NCBI GenBank assembly: GCA_002269645.1
Contig: NIVC01001948.1
Coordinates: forward strand, 1 to 64,000
Origin: Macrostomum lignano
Lineage: Eukaryota
DNA: 64,000 nt
Reading direction: 5' to 3'
The notes under the pieces were generated by a model. It did no database searches, was not told where the DNA came from, and saw only the letters and a program-made list of their open reading frames with translations. The position numbers were made by a program, and so were the translations under genes. Shown here piece after piece: positions 41,301-52,135 of this stretch (position 1 is its first letter; each line of letters starts with the position of its first letter).

Positions 41301-44035
41301 AGGGCGCCAGACTCTCCTCACTGATGGTTAAACAGACAGGGCGCCAGACTCTCCTCACTGATGGTTAAACAGACAGGGCGCCAAACTCTCCTCACTGATG
41401 GTTAAACAGGCAGGGCGCTAAACTCTCCTCACTGATGGTTAAACAGACAGGGCGCCAAACTCTCCTCACTGATGGTTAAACAGACAGGGCGCCAGACTCT
41501 CCTCACTGATGGTTAAACAGACAGGGCGCCAAACTCTCCTCACTGATGGTTAAACAGACAGGGCGCCAAACTCTCCTCACTGATGGTTAAACAGACAGGG
41601 CGCTAAACTCTCCTCACTGATGGTTAAACAGACAGGGCGCTAAACTCTCCTCACTGATGGTTAAACAGGCAGGGCGCTAAACTCTCCTCACTGATGGTTA
41701 AACAGGCAGGGCGCTAAACTCTCCTCACTGATGGTTAAACAGACAGGGCGCCAAACTCTCCTCACTGATGGTTAAACAGACAGGGCGCCAGACTCTCCTC
41801 ACTGATGGTTAAACAGGGCGCTAAAATTCAAAAGCAACACTCCAATCGGAATTCTTTTGGCTGTCCTACCCATAGGTCTGAACAGACCAAGTTGTTAATT
41901 TAGTGATTGCGCAATCAAGCCTAACATCGCGGGGGCTTCATCTGCCCTTCCATCTCCTCATCCAAACTCGGAATTGTTAAGCGCCGATGCGCGCAACAGG
42001 GGGTCCCTGACAAATTTTCGCTAAGTTTGACCAATCGTTTGTTAAAATAAGTTCGGTTTTAGTGGGTGCAGCAGCGTTTCGAATATTCAACAAAGAGAGA
42101 AAACGCCTATGATGAAGACAATGAATTCTTAATGTTATGATAAAAGTTTTATCTAGGGTTATAGACTTAGTCAGGATCTGAGCTTAAGCGATGAGAATAT
42201 TTGTCAGAGCTTTTATTGAAAGTCAAACAAAACGACAACGCAATCTTAAGCTTAAGTAGAACAATAAAATAAATTTTGACCCGAGAGAGTGGACAATGGG
42301 AATACTGGACTAAAACTTGATGAAGCATATCCAGGTGTCCCATTTCTTTTTGGCCCTGTGCTGTGTGGTGCAATGACGTGACGTGGCGATGAAGATGAAG
42401 AAAAGAATCTGGACCTTTCAGCTATAGTCAAAGGGAATATATCCATAGAGAATGAAGATAAAAAGCCAAAGTCCAAAGACTAAGAATGCCAAGAATGTGA
42501 TAGTAAGTAAGAACTAATAAATAAATATGAATTGCATTGCTGGACCATCTGGTCATCTGTTGCATTCGATCAAGAAACACCCACAACTGGAACCATTCAA
42601 GTTTAAACTATTTTTCTTTCAATAAAGTTGATACGAAACTGGAATACGGAGAATTTCCTAGATTTCCTAGATCTAGATGAGAGATGAGAAGACACGAGAG
42701 GGAGAAGAGAGGAGGGAGAAGAGAGAGGAGAGGAGAGTGAGAAGAGATGGAGAAGAGAGGAGGGGAGGGAAGAGAGGGAGAGGGAGAAGAGAAGGAGAGG
42801 GAGAAGGAAAAGAGAGTAAGGGAGAGAAGAAAGGGAGAAGAGAAGAGAAGAGAGAGGAGGGGAGAGAAGACAGGAGGGGGGATGGAGAAGAGAGGAGAAA
42901 AAGGGGAAAGAGGAGAGGGGAGATAAGAGGGGAGGGGAGGAGAGAGGGAGAGAAGGGGAGAGAACTTCAAGAAGAGGGGAGAGAGGAGAGGAGGGAGAAG
43001 AACAGAAGAGAGAGCGGCGAGAGGAGGGGAGAGAAGACAGGAGGGGGTGGAGATTGGAGAAGAGAGGAGAGAGAGGGGAGGAGAGGGGAGGAGAGGGGAG
43101 GAGAGGGGAGGAGAGGGGAGGAGAGGGGAGGAGAGGGGAGGAGAGCCGAGAGGGGAGGAGAGAGAGAGAGAGAGAGGAGACGGGAGAGGAGAAACGAAAG
43201 AGAAAGAAGTTGAGAAGTGGGGGCGGAGAGAGGACAGAGGAAAGATGACACGAACCTTGGCCTGAGCGCAGTGAGCGGGCGGATAGCTAGTGTAAAGTTC
43301 CAAAGGACCCGAGGGCAGGATAGAGGCTTCGCAGGCCACACAGTCCTTGCCGACCCCTGAACTGAATTGTAAAGTATAAAAACAAGAATATAAAAAATCT
43401 TCGAACTCACGAACGGCAGATTTGTGCTCATCAAAATCGTCTTCAGTTAACGCGATTGGTGCAAATACTCTTCTACTAGTGGTAGTTCTCGATCGGACAT
43501 TGCTGCTGTCATCGGGCTCTGCTTCCATCTGCTGCTGCTGCTGCATCAGCCGGGTGACAACCGGATGGCTCTGCAAAGTTGGTTCCGTCACAGTAGCAGT
43601 CGCGGCAGCAGTTGTCGCCATTTCTGTTGCTCCAGCTGCTGTAACGGCGGATTTCTGCCGAAATCCGAACAACTCTTTAGCTTTCTGCACATCCTCAAAG
43701 ATGATTTCGGTCAGGCAGGCTCGCCTAGAACTGGCGCCATCTTTGTGCCGGCCAGTTACAGTTGATTTGCGCTGCTGTTTAGCAGCTTTCGAGGTTGGCG
43801 ACAATTTAGCCGTTCCAAATAGACTGCGGCGTTTGCGCTGCCTGCCTGGCATGGAATTGGAGTTTGAAGCAGCATCGGCTGTATTCTCGCAATCCGCTGC
43901 ATTGTCGTTTGTACCGGCTATTGGCATGGCTTGTTCGTCGGCTGCTGCTGCTGTTGACTTGCTTTTATTGTTAGGAGTTGCATTGGACTGAGGGTCGTAG
44001 ACCAACAGGTTGAGCTGTTGCTGTTGACGATCCAT
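30083..44035 (-). CDS. FRMD4/CCDC120/INAVA-like protein with CUPID (DUF3338, cytohesin-binding) coiled coil, about 746 aa; FERM domain absent or vestigial
   Basis: Hand-built phase-consistent model: 44035-43411, 43356-43256, 42586-42546, 42414-42281, 39401-38980, 36133-35918, 32121-31978, 31687-31487, 30439-30083 (2241 nt). The spliced segments ...[13 protein letters not shown]|SLSGEF and E|[22 protein letters not shown]...[19 protein letters not shown]|[12 protein letters not shown] resemble the FRMD4A CUPID region as I recall it (LKKLCLREAELTGKLP; LERLEREFAIQSQITEAARRL...KKLKKQRKTSY...KKLQEIENAINE). Exons 3/4 and the exon 8 donor are least certain. Confidence 0.7.
30450..31325. repeat. 28-bp minisatellite (GGCTGGCCCAGCAACTGAGGATCTGGGA) filling most of the last intron
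   Basis: About 31 copies, ending about 10 nt from the acceptor at 30440. Confidence 0.96.
32246..32890. repeat. (TCTA)n microsatellite, two blocks
   Basis: 32246-32413 and about 32515-32890. Confidence 0.95.
33505..34292. repeat. 20-bp minisatellite (GAGGCGATTATCACAGGTGT)
   Basis: About 39 copies. Confidence 0.96.
34640..35910. repeat. 18-bp minisatellite (TTCACAATCTCCCAAATC) with a 7-unit higher-order pattern
   Basis: Core 34800-35910, degenerate toward 34640; begins about 8 nt inside the donor at 35917. Confidence 0.95.
36568..37680. repeat. GA-rich tract with 13-bp unit (GGCTAGAGGGAGA) and an approx. 340-bp internal duplication
   Basis: Block starting GAGAGGGGAGGAGAGGGAG(G/C)ATGCGGAAAG occurs at about 36580 and about 36920. 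Confidence 0.92.
38331..38810. repeat. (GA)n microsatellite plus degenerate GA-rich tract
   Basis: Pure (GA)n 38331-38384; GATAGGAGAGGTA-like units 38440-38810. Confidence 0.88.
39490..40572. repeat. GA-rich approx. 18-bp minisatellite (GAGAGAGGGAGACAGAA/GGG)
   Basis: Direct reading. Confidence 0.92.
40925..41825. repeat. 37-bp minisatellite (CAGGGCGCTAAACTCTCCTCACTGATGGTTAAACAGA), about 24 copies
   Basis: Direct reading; no spacers. Confidence 0.97.
42675..43205. repeat. GA-rich low-complexity tract in intron 2 of the CUPID gene
   Basis: Includes (GAGGGGAGGA)n at 43070-43145. Confidence 0.9.
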
Positions 44036-45344
44036 GAGTTAAATAATGTTCTTAGTAATTTAATGCCTGGTTCTGTATACAAGGGGGAAAGGTGCTCGCT
44101 CTAAAGTGGGAATCGTGGCCAAGTCTTCTCTCTTGTCTGGTCCTCTCTTTTCCTCTTCTGTGGGATCGTATCGGTGCGCTTATAAAAGTTATTTTAGATT
44201 TCGAGGGCAGTTAAAGTCTAGTTTAGTTGGAGGAGTGGATAGAGAAAAGGAAAGGTAGGAAGGACCGGCCATTTCCTAAATGGGCCCCATCGCGTTCTCG
44301 ATTAGGCGGGGTTGGCTGGATCGGGGGGTGGGTGGGGTTGAGGGGGCGGGGGCCCGCACGTTGTGCGCGAGGCTCTTTTCTACCCCAGCCCATCCTTCTG
44401 GCCTGTATTGAGCTTTGGCCTCGTGAGGGGAATGGGTTGGGGGCAGGGGGGGGGGGTGGGGTGGGTGATATCGGGGGTGATGTTGGCGCCCCCACTTCAG
44501 ATCAATTATATTGACTACTACTACGCTAAACTAATGTGTCCCCAGATGTGTGCGCGTGAACTGGCGGCGTTGTGACTAAATCGAAAATGCAAATTAGACA
44601 TTGAAGGTCGTGTAATTTAATCATGGAGCCTGTTTTTACTAATTATATTAAATGAAAACCACTAGAGAACATTTTTAATTCTGTAGTAAGTCGCTTGAAG
44701 TGCGTCATTGGTTCTAAATGGCAAATTGCCAAAATTGGACCCAGTTTTTATTCCAAATCTTTTTAAACCAATAAAAATCGATCTCTAAAAAGCTGTCAAA
44801 ACGCTTCTTAAGTCTCTTGAGCAAACAATCCCACCGATAAGAGGTATAAATAACGGATCAATCAATATCGCGGATGAAACCCCCAACACATCTGTCAAAA
44901 CAAAAATGATGACATGCGTGCAGGGTTATAAATAAAAATTTGGGAAAACTTTCAACTTATCAAAAAAACACCCCAAGTTACGCTCGTAGGTCCGCTTTTG
45001 TTGCCTTCCCAAAGCTTCTGAGCGATGCAACGAGGCAGATAAGGGTATTTTTGTTGCTAAGGCTAAGCCCAAGAAGAACCTGAAAAAAGCCCATAAACGA
45101 TGCCTCCATGGTTGCTAAGAGCCCAGCCGTGAGTTGTATTCTCTATCAATTTTATTGTCAGTTCAGTTCGGCTTTAAGAAACCCTTTTTAGACCGACCTG
45201 GGTGAAGGGAAGCACTATAAAGCCTAGTAGCAATCTTTACAGCAATAAAGGCGATTGCCGATTGGCGATCTTCAACTGAATCTTCTCCGTCACATTAAGA
45301 GACAAGGGGAGTTATGAGGACAAATGGGATTAGTCAGAGACTGA

Positions 45345-45897
45345 GTTGGCGCTGTTGGTAAGTTGGCGCCGTGAGTAAGTTGGCGCCGTGAGTAAGTTGG
45401 CGCCGTGAGTAAGTTGGCGCCGTGAGTAAGTTGGCGCCGTGAGTAAGTTGGCGCCGTGAGTAAGTTGGCGCCGTGAGTAAGTTGGCGCCGTGAGTAAGTT
45501 GGCGCCGTGAGTAAGTTGGCGCCGTGAGTAAGTTGGCGCCGTGAGTAAGTTGGCGCCGTGAGTAAGTTGGCGCCGCGAGTAAGTTGGCGCCGTAAGTTGG
45601 CGCCGTGAGTAAATTGGAACCGTGGGTGAGTTGGAACTGTGAGCGAGTGACTTGGCGCCGTGAGATAGAGACTTGGCGCCGTGAGATAGAGACTTGGCGC
45701 CGTGAGATAGAGACTTGGCGCCGTGATGGAGTGACTTGGCGCCGTGAGTGAGTGACTTGGCGCCGTGAGATAGAGACTTTTGGCGCCGTGAGGGAGAGAC
45801 CTGTCGCTGTGAATGAGTGACTTGGCGCCGTGAGGGAGTGACTAGGCGCCGTGAGTGAGTGACTTGGCGCCGTGATGGAGTGACTTGGCACCGTGAT
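45345..45897. repeat. 17-bp minisatellite (GGCGCCGTGAGTAAGTT) grading into approx. 21-bp variants
   Basis: Near-perfect to about 45590, then diverged. Confidence 0.95.
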
Positions 45898-46304
45898 CCA
45901 GATGTAGAACTAGATGCATGACTAAAGGATTGCTCACCTTATTTTTTATTGTATATTTTTATACGTAACCAACCATTTTTTGCTTGGCTTAGCAATTAGC
46001 GAAAAAACCCTGAAAAAAGCAAAAAAGCATATCGATATATTTGTATATTTATACGTAAAAAAGCCTATTAGAGAAGGATATAATTAGCATACATAGTATC
46101 CAGCACATCTGTTTCCCACGGATCCGACATCACCCATCATAAATAATTATCAACCTTTCCATCAAAAAAGACCATTGTTATTACATACAACCAAGCTACT
46201 CAATACATCATCATTATATTTTGACAGCTGCTTACATTAGCTTAGTAACTAAAATGTGCAATTTCATACTGTAATAATGATTGCTTATGAATGCCGAATA
46301 ACAG

Positions 46305-47745
46305 AACGCCAATCTCAGTAGCTTAAGGGCGCCAATCTCAGTAGCTTAAGGGCGCCAATCTCAGTAGCTTAAGGGCGCCAATCTCAGTAGCTTAAGGGCG
46401 CCAATCTCAGTAGCTTAGGGGCGCCAATCTCAGTAGCTTAAGGGCGCCAATCTCAGTAGCTTAGGGGCGCCAATCTCAGTAGCTTAGGGGCGCCAATCTC
46501 AGTAGCTTAGGGGCGCCAATCTCAGTAGCTTAGGGGCGCTAATCTCAGTAGCCTAGGGGCGCCAATCTCAGTAGCTTAGGGGCGTCAATCTAAGCAGCTA
46601 AGGGGTGCCAGTTTCAGAAATCTCAGTAGCTTAAGGGCGCCAATCTCAGTAGCTTAAGGGCGCCAATCTCAGTAGCTTAAGGGCGCCAATCTCAGTAGCT
46701 TAGGGGCGCCAATCTCAGTAGCTTAAGGGCGCCAATCTCAGTAGCTTAGGGGCGCCAATCTCAGTAGCTTAGGGGCGCCAATCTCAGTAAGCTTAGGGGC
46801 GCCAATCTCAGCAATCTCAGTAGCTTAGAGGCACCAATCTCAGTAGTTTAGGGGCGCCAATCTCAGCAATCTAAGCAGTTTAGGGGCACCAATCTCAGAA
46901 ATCTCAGTAGCTTAGGGGCGCCAATCTCAGCAATCTCAGTAGCTTAGGGGCGCCAATCTCAGTAGCTTAGGGGCGCCTATCTCAGTAGCCTAGGGGCGTC
47001 AATCTAAGCAGCTTAGGGGCGCCAATCTCAGAAATCTCAGTAGCTTAGGGGCGCCAATCTCAGTAGCTTAGGGGCGCCAATCTCAGTAGCTTAGGGGCGC
47101 CAATCTCAGTAGCTTATGGGCGCCAATCTCAGTAGCCTAGGGGCGTCAATCTAAGCAGCTTAGGGGCGCCAATCTCAGAAATCTCAGTAGCTTAGGGGCG
47201 CCAATCTCAGTAGCTTAGGGGCGCCAATGTCAGTAGCTTAGGGTTAGGAGCGCCGATTTAAGAAGATTAGGGGCGCCGATTAAAGTAGCTTAGGAGCGCC
47301 AAACTCAGTAGCTTAGGGCCGCCAGACGCCAATGTCAGTATCTGAGGGTTAGGGGCGCCAATCTCAGTAGCTTAGGGGCGCTAATCTCAGAAGCTTAGGG
47401 GTGCCAATCTCAGAAGCTTAGGGGTGCCAATCTCAGAAGCTTAGGGGCGCCAATCTCAGTAGCCTAGGGGCGCCAATCTCAGTAGCTTAGGGGCGCCAAT
47501 CTCAGAAATCTCAGTAGCTTAGGGGCGCCAATCTCAGTAGCTTAGGGGCGCCAATCTCAGTAGCTTAGGGGCGCCAATCTCAGTAGCTTAGGGGTGCCAA
47601 TCTCAGTAGCTTAGGGCCGCCAGACGCCAATGTCAGTAGCTAGGGTTAGGGGCGCTAATGTCAGTAGCTGAGGGTTTAGGGGCGCCAATGTCAGTAGCAT
47701 AGGGGCACCAATCCCACCAAATTCAATAGCTTAGGGGCGCAAATC
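46305..47745. repeat. 23-bp minisatellite (GGGCGCCAATCTCAGTAGCTTAG/A)
   Basis: About 55-60 copies; many contain TTAGGG. Confidence 0.95.
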
Positions 47746-48294
47746 TCAGTAAAGTAAACATAAATATTTAACAATTGTCTGTTAAAATATCTGCCACAAA
47801 CGATTATCCTCAGCTGTTTTAGCGAGTTTTAGACGCAAAGCACTAGCGGCAGTGAGCAGTCATGGAGATGATACTCTATAATTAGCACATAAATATTATT
47901 ATCTGTCAGCGTCATTAATTTTTATTTCGAAAATATGGCATGGCAGATTAGCACCTTCTATTCACAGTTGGGGTGGTGAGTGAAATTTGTTTATTGCACC
48001 TGGCATTAATGTGATGCTTCTCACAGATTGTGGTTTTATCGCACCTGCCTCTTATTATCGCCTTGACCAAAATCAACAAACCCTATGACCTATATGAGAT
48101 ATTGCAAGCGTAATACAAAATAAAATATTGTTTAATAATCTGGTAAATGAAATGGAAATTATATTTAGTTGCCATTGGAAAAGCTGCTGAAGCAAACAGT
48201 AGAACACGTAACAAACAAGACACATTTCAGTCTCATCCTCTGCCTGGGTCAGTATTCCTCTCTGACCCATCGTTGGGATAGGACAGTCTCACTT

Positions 48295-48460
48295 GCTGCC
48301 TCATCAACTCCTTGGGTCAGTCTCACTTGCAACCTCATCAACTTCTTGGGTTAGCCGCACTCATAACCTCATCAATTAGTTGGATCAGACTCACTTATAT
48401 CATCCTCAACTGGTTGGGTCAGCCTCACATTAAGTCCGTAACCTCACCAACAACTTGGGG
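48295..48460. repeat. Degenerate approx. 35-bp repeat (CCTCATCAACT..TTGGGTCAG..TCAC)
   Basis: 4-5 diverged copies. Confidence 0.6.
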
Positions 48461-49137
48461 ATCATGAGGCTTCTTTCCTGCCCATATCAGAACCCGTCTT
48501 TTAACAACTCGAAGCAGTTCAAGCCAAAATGCAATTGTGACCAACCAGCAAGACAAAGTTGCTCGCTAAATAAAAGCAGAGTACTACTCGTATACCATAC
48601 GGCATACAATCGTAAGTGTAAACAAACTTGGATATTTATGAATTGTAATACGAAAAATTCGAAGACTGCATGACAAACAATAAATTTATGATCTGCATGG
48701 CAGCTTATATAGCAAAAGTTGCTTATATTTTACAACTTTTTAAAGCAGATTTTCTACTTTGATTTCAAACGACCTTAAGCGATTCCGTGGGTGGGATTTC
48801 CTGTTGTCTGCAACTCGAGGACTTCTGAAGGGAATTCATAATTTATATACAATCTGCTATAATATAGTTTATAACCCACAAAATGAGTAACCAAACTAAC
48901 TATATAGCTGTGTGCTGGCCCTGACCAGCTGTTTAATGCTAGCATAATAATCATACAAGCTGGTATTACAGTGCAGGTGGGAACCTCTATAAACCTGTAT
49001 TTTAAAAGAGTAAATAAAAGGGATGAATCCCGGAATGCGGCTTGTGAGAACAAAGATGAGTAATGCCTGATCCTTGGATTGAGAGAAAATGCACAGTGAA
49101 TAGAGAATGTTTTGTTGTGGAAATCAGTAATTGTGCT

Positions 49138-49379
49138 TCAGGGCGCCAAAATATAGCACCTGCTTGAGGCGCCAAAATGAGCGCTTGCCTGCGGCGCCAA
49201 AATGAGCGAATACCTGCGGCGCCAAAATGAGCGCCTTCCTGTGGCGCCAAAATGAGCGCCTGCCCGCGGTGCCAAAATGAGTGCCAACAAAACAAGTTCT
49301 TAAAATAATGTAACATTTCTTGGCTTCGTCACCCCGTCACCCCACCCCCTCCCCCTATAAAACCACGGTGACGCCCTTG
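49138..49379 (+). mobile_element. Copy 3 of the 21-bp-minisatellite MITE family, short diverged array
   Basis: TTCAGGGCGCCAAAAT start as in copy 2, about 6-7 diverged GGCGCCAAAATGAGCG units, then AAATAATGTA..TTCTTGGCTT..CCCCCTATAAAACCACGGTGACGCCCTTG terminus. Left TIR not identified. Confidence 0.7.
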
Positions 49380-49404
49380 AGATTGAGAGAATGACAGATT
49401 GACA

Positions 49405-51150
49405 GAGAATGTGAGAGCGAGGAATGTGAGTGAGTAAGAATGTGAGTGAGTAAGAATGTGAGAGTAAGAATGTGAGAGTAAGAATGTGAGTGAGTAAGAA
49501 TGCGAGTGAGTAAGAATGTGAGTGAGTGAGAATGTGAGTGAGTAAGAATGTGAGTAAGAATGTGAGAGTAAGAATGCGAGTAAGAATGTGAGTAAGAATG
49601 TGAGAGTAAGAATGTGAGTGAGTGAGTAAGGATGTGAGTGAGTAAGATGTGAGCGAGTAAGAATGTGAGAGTGAGTGAGAATGTGAGTGAGTAAGAATGT
49701 GAGTGAGTAAGAATGCGAGTGAGTAAGAATGTGAGTGAGTGAGAATGTGTGAGTAAGAATGTGAGTAAGAATGTGAGTGAGTAAGAATGTGAGTGAGTAA
49801 GAATGCGAGTGAGTAAGAATGCGAGTAAGAATGTGAGCGAGTGAGAATGTGAGAGTGAGTGAGAATGTGAGTGAGTAAGAATGTGAGAGTGAGAATGTGA
49901 GAGTGAGAATGTGAGTGAGTAAGAATGTGAGTGATTAAGAATGTGAGCGAGTGAGAATGTGAGTGAGTAAGAATGTGAGAGTAAGAATGTGAGTGAGTAA
50001 GATTGTGAGTGATTAAGAATGTGAGCGAGTGAGAATGTGAGTGAGTAAGAATGTGAGAGTAAGAATGTGAGTGAGTAAGATTGTGAGTGATTAAGAATGT
50101 GAGCGAGTAAGAATGTGAGTGAATAAGAATGTGAGTGAGTAAGAATGTGAGTGAGTAAGAATGTGAGTGAGTAAGAATGTGAGAGTAAGAATGTGAGTAA
50201 GAATGTGAGAGTAAGAATGTGAGTGAGTAAGATTGTGAGTGATTAAGAATGTGAGCGAGTGAGAATGTGAGTGAGTAAGAATGTGAGTAAGAATGTGAGA
50301 GTAAGAATGCGAGTAAGAATGTGAGTAAGAATGTGAGAGTAAGAATGTGAGTGAGTGAGTAAGGATGTGAGTGAGTAAGATGTGAGCGAGTAAGAATGTG
50401 AGAGTGAGTGAGAATGTGAGTGAGTAAGAATGTGAGTGAGTAAGAATGTGAGCGAGTGAGAATGTGAGTGAGTAAGAATGTGAGAGTAAGAATGTGAGTA
50501 AGAATGTGAGAGTAAGAATGTGAGTGAGTAAGAATGTGAGCGAGTGAGAATGTGAGTGAGTAAGAATGTGAGAGTAAGAATGTGAGTGAGTAAGATTGTG
50601 AGTGATTAAGAATGTGAGCGAGTGAGAATGTGAGTGAGTAAGAATGTGAGAGTAAGAATGTGAGTGAGTAAGATTGTGAGTGATTAAGAATGTGAGCGAG
50701 TAAGAATGTGAGTGAATAAGAATGTGAGTGAGTAAGAATGTGAGTGAGTAAGAATGTGAGTGAGTAAGAATGTGAGAGTAAGAATGTGAGTAAGAATGTG
50801 AGAGTAAGAATGTGAGTGAGTAAGAATGTGAGCGAGTGAGAATGTGAGTGAGTAAGAATGTGAGAGTAAGAATGTGAGTAAGAATGTGAGAGTAAGAATG
50901 TGAGTGAGTAAGAATGTGAGCGAGTGAGAATGTGAGTGAGTAAGAATGTGAGAGTAAGAATGTGAGTGAGTAAGATTGTGAGTGATTAAGAATGTGAGCG
51001 AGTAAGAATGTGAGTGAATAAGAATGTGAGTGAGTAAGAATGTGAGTGAGTAAGAATGTGAGAGTAAGAATGTGAGTAAGAATGTGAGAGTAAGAATGTG
51101 AGTGAGTAAGAATGTGAGCGAGTGAGAATGTGAGAGTGAGTAAGAATGTG
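49405..51150. repeat. 12-16-bp minisatellite (GAGTGAGTAAGAATGT and shorter variants)
   Basis: Direct reading. Confidence 0.95.
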
Positions 51151-51894
51151 AAAGTGAATGAGATGCGATGTTGACAGGATGTGAGGGCGACAGAGAATGT
51201 GAGAGTTGTTGGCAAATTTGCTACAGAGGATCCAATATCGCACAATCCCAGCAACTAACATGTATAAAGTGTGCGTGATGCCGACCTAGCGGACGAGTTC
51301 AAGGAGATATCCAGGAAGCGGCAGATGGCCGCACAGCTTAAACACACCCCGGGTATTAATTGTGCGCCAAAACGTGAAATGCATGGCAATTGGCATTACT
51401 CGAATTGTCATCTTTAAAGGATACTCATAACTATGATCCGCATATACAGATTTTGTTATTCGAATAAATATAGGTTCCCCACAAAACATGACTATAAAAT
51501 CGCTTTCTCACGCACAAGTCCATAATGATAACAAAGATATTTTTAAATGATCAGATCAATAATTCCATAATAATCTACTATGGCAAACAGTTCAGATTCA
51601 GAATTTGCATAGTCATATGTCTAGCTTGAATAAATCACAGATGGTTGTTAGTTGTTGCAGTTACGGATCTGGCTTATAAACTACATTTAGCTTGTCTGAA
51701 CACTATCTATACTACTGAGAAAGCGTATATAATAAGTATATTGCCACCATAAAGTTAAGAAATACCGGTATATGTATTAAAATTAGCAGCTACTAGCAAT
51801 CTACGCCCCCCGTTGGGGAGCCAAAGAAATGCAACACACGTTTTTTTAATAAGCTACATGTAGCCTTGAAATCTAAAAAAATCTCTTGCCAAAC

Positions 51895-52135
51895 TTCTAA
51901 CCCTAACCCTAACCCTAACCAAAACCCTAAATTCAATATTTTGTCCATGAGTTTTTGCATGATGCTTCTATGATTTTTGCATGATTCTTCCACGATAAAC
52001 ATTTTAATAAGCTACATGAGCTAAGTTATAAGCTACCCTAACCCCAACCCTAACCCGAATCTTAACGCAATAACCCTGAACCTAACCCTAAACCTAAACC
52101 CTAATACCAACCCTAACACTAACCCTACAGCCTGA
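51895..52135. repeat. Interstitial telomere-like (CCCTAA)n degenerate tracts
   Basis: CTAACCCTAACCCTAACCCTAACC at about 51897-51920; degenerate CCCTAA/CCTAA units at about 52035-52135. Confidence 0.75.

Noticed and set aside
17270-41825. CRISPR-like appearance of the 32/34-, 37- and 41/44-bp arrays
   Set aside because: Units are head-to-tail with no unique spacers, there are no cas genes, and the context is eukaryotic.
43330-43420. ELM2-like motif (VRVGKD) at the exon 1/2 junction of the CUPID gene
   Set aside because: It lacks the following YQAxIP and any SANT domain; the match is too short.
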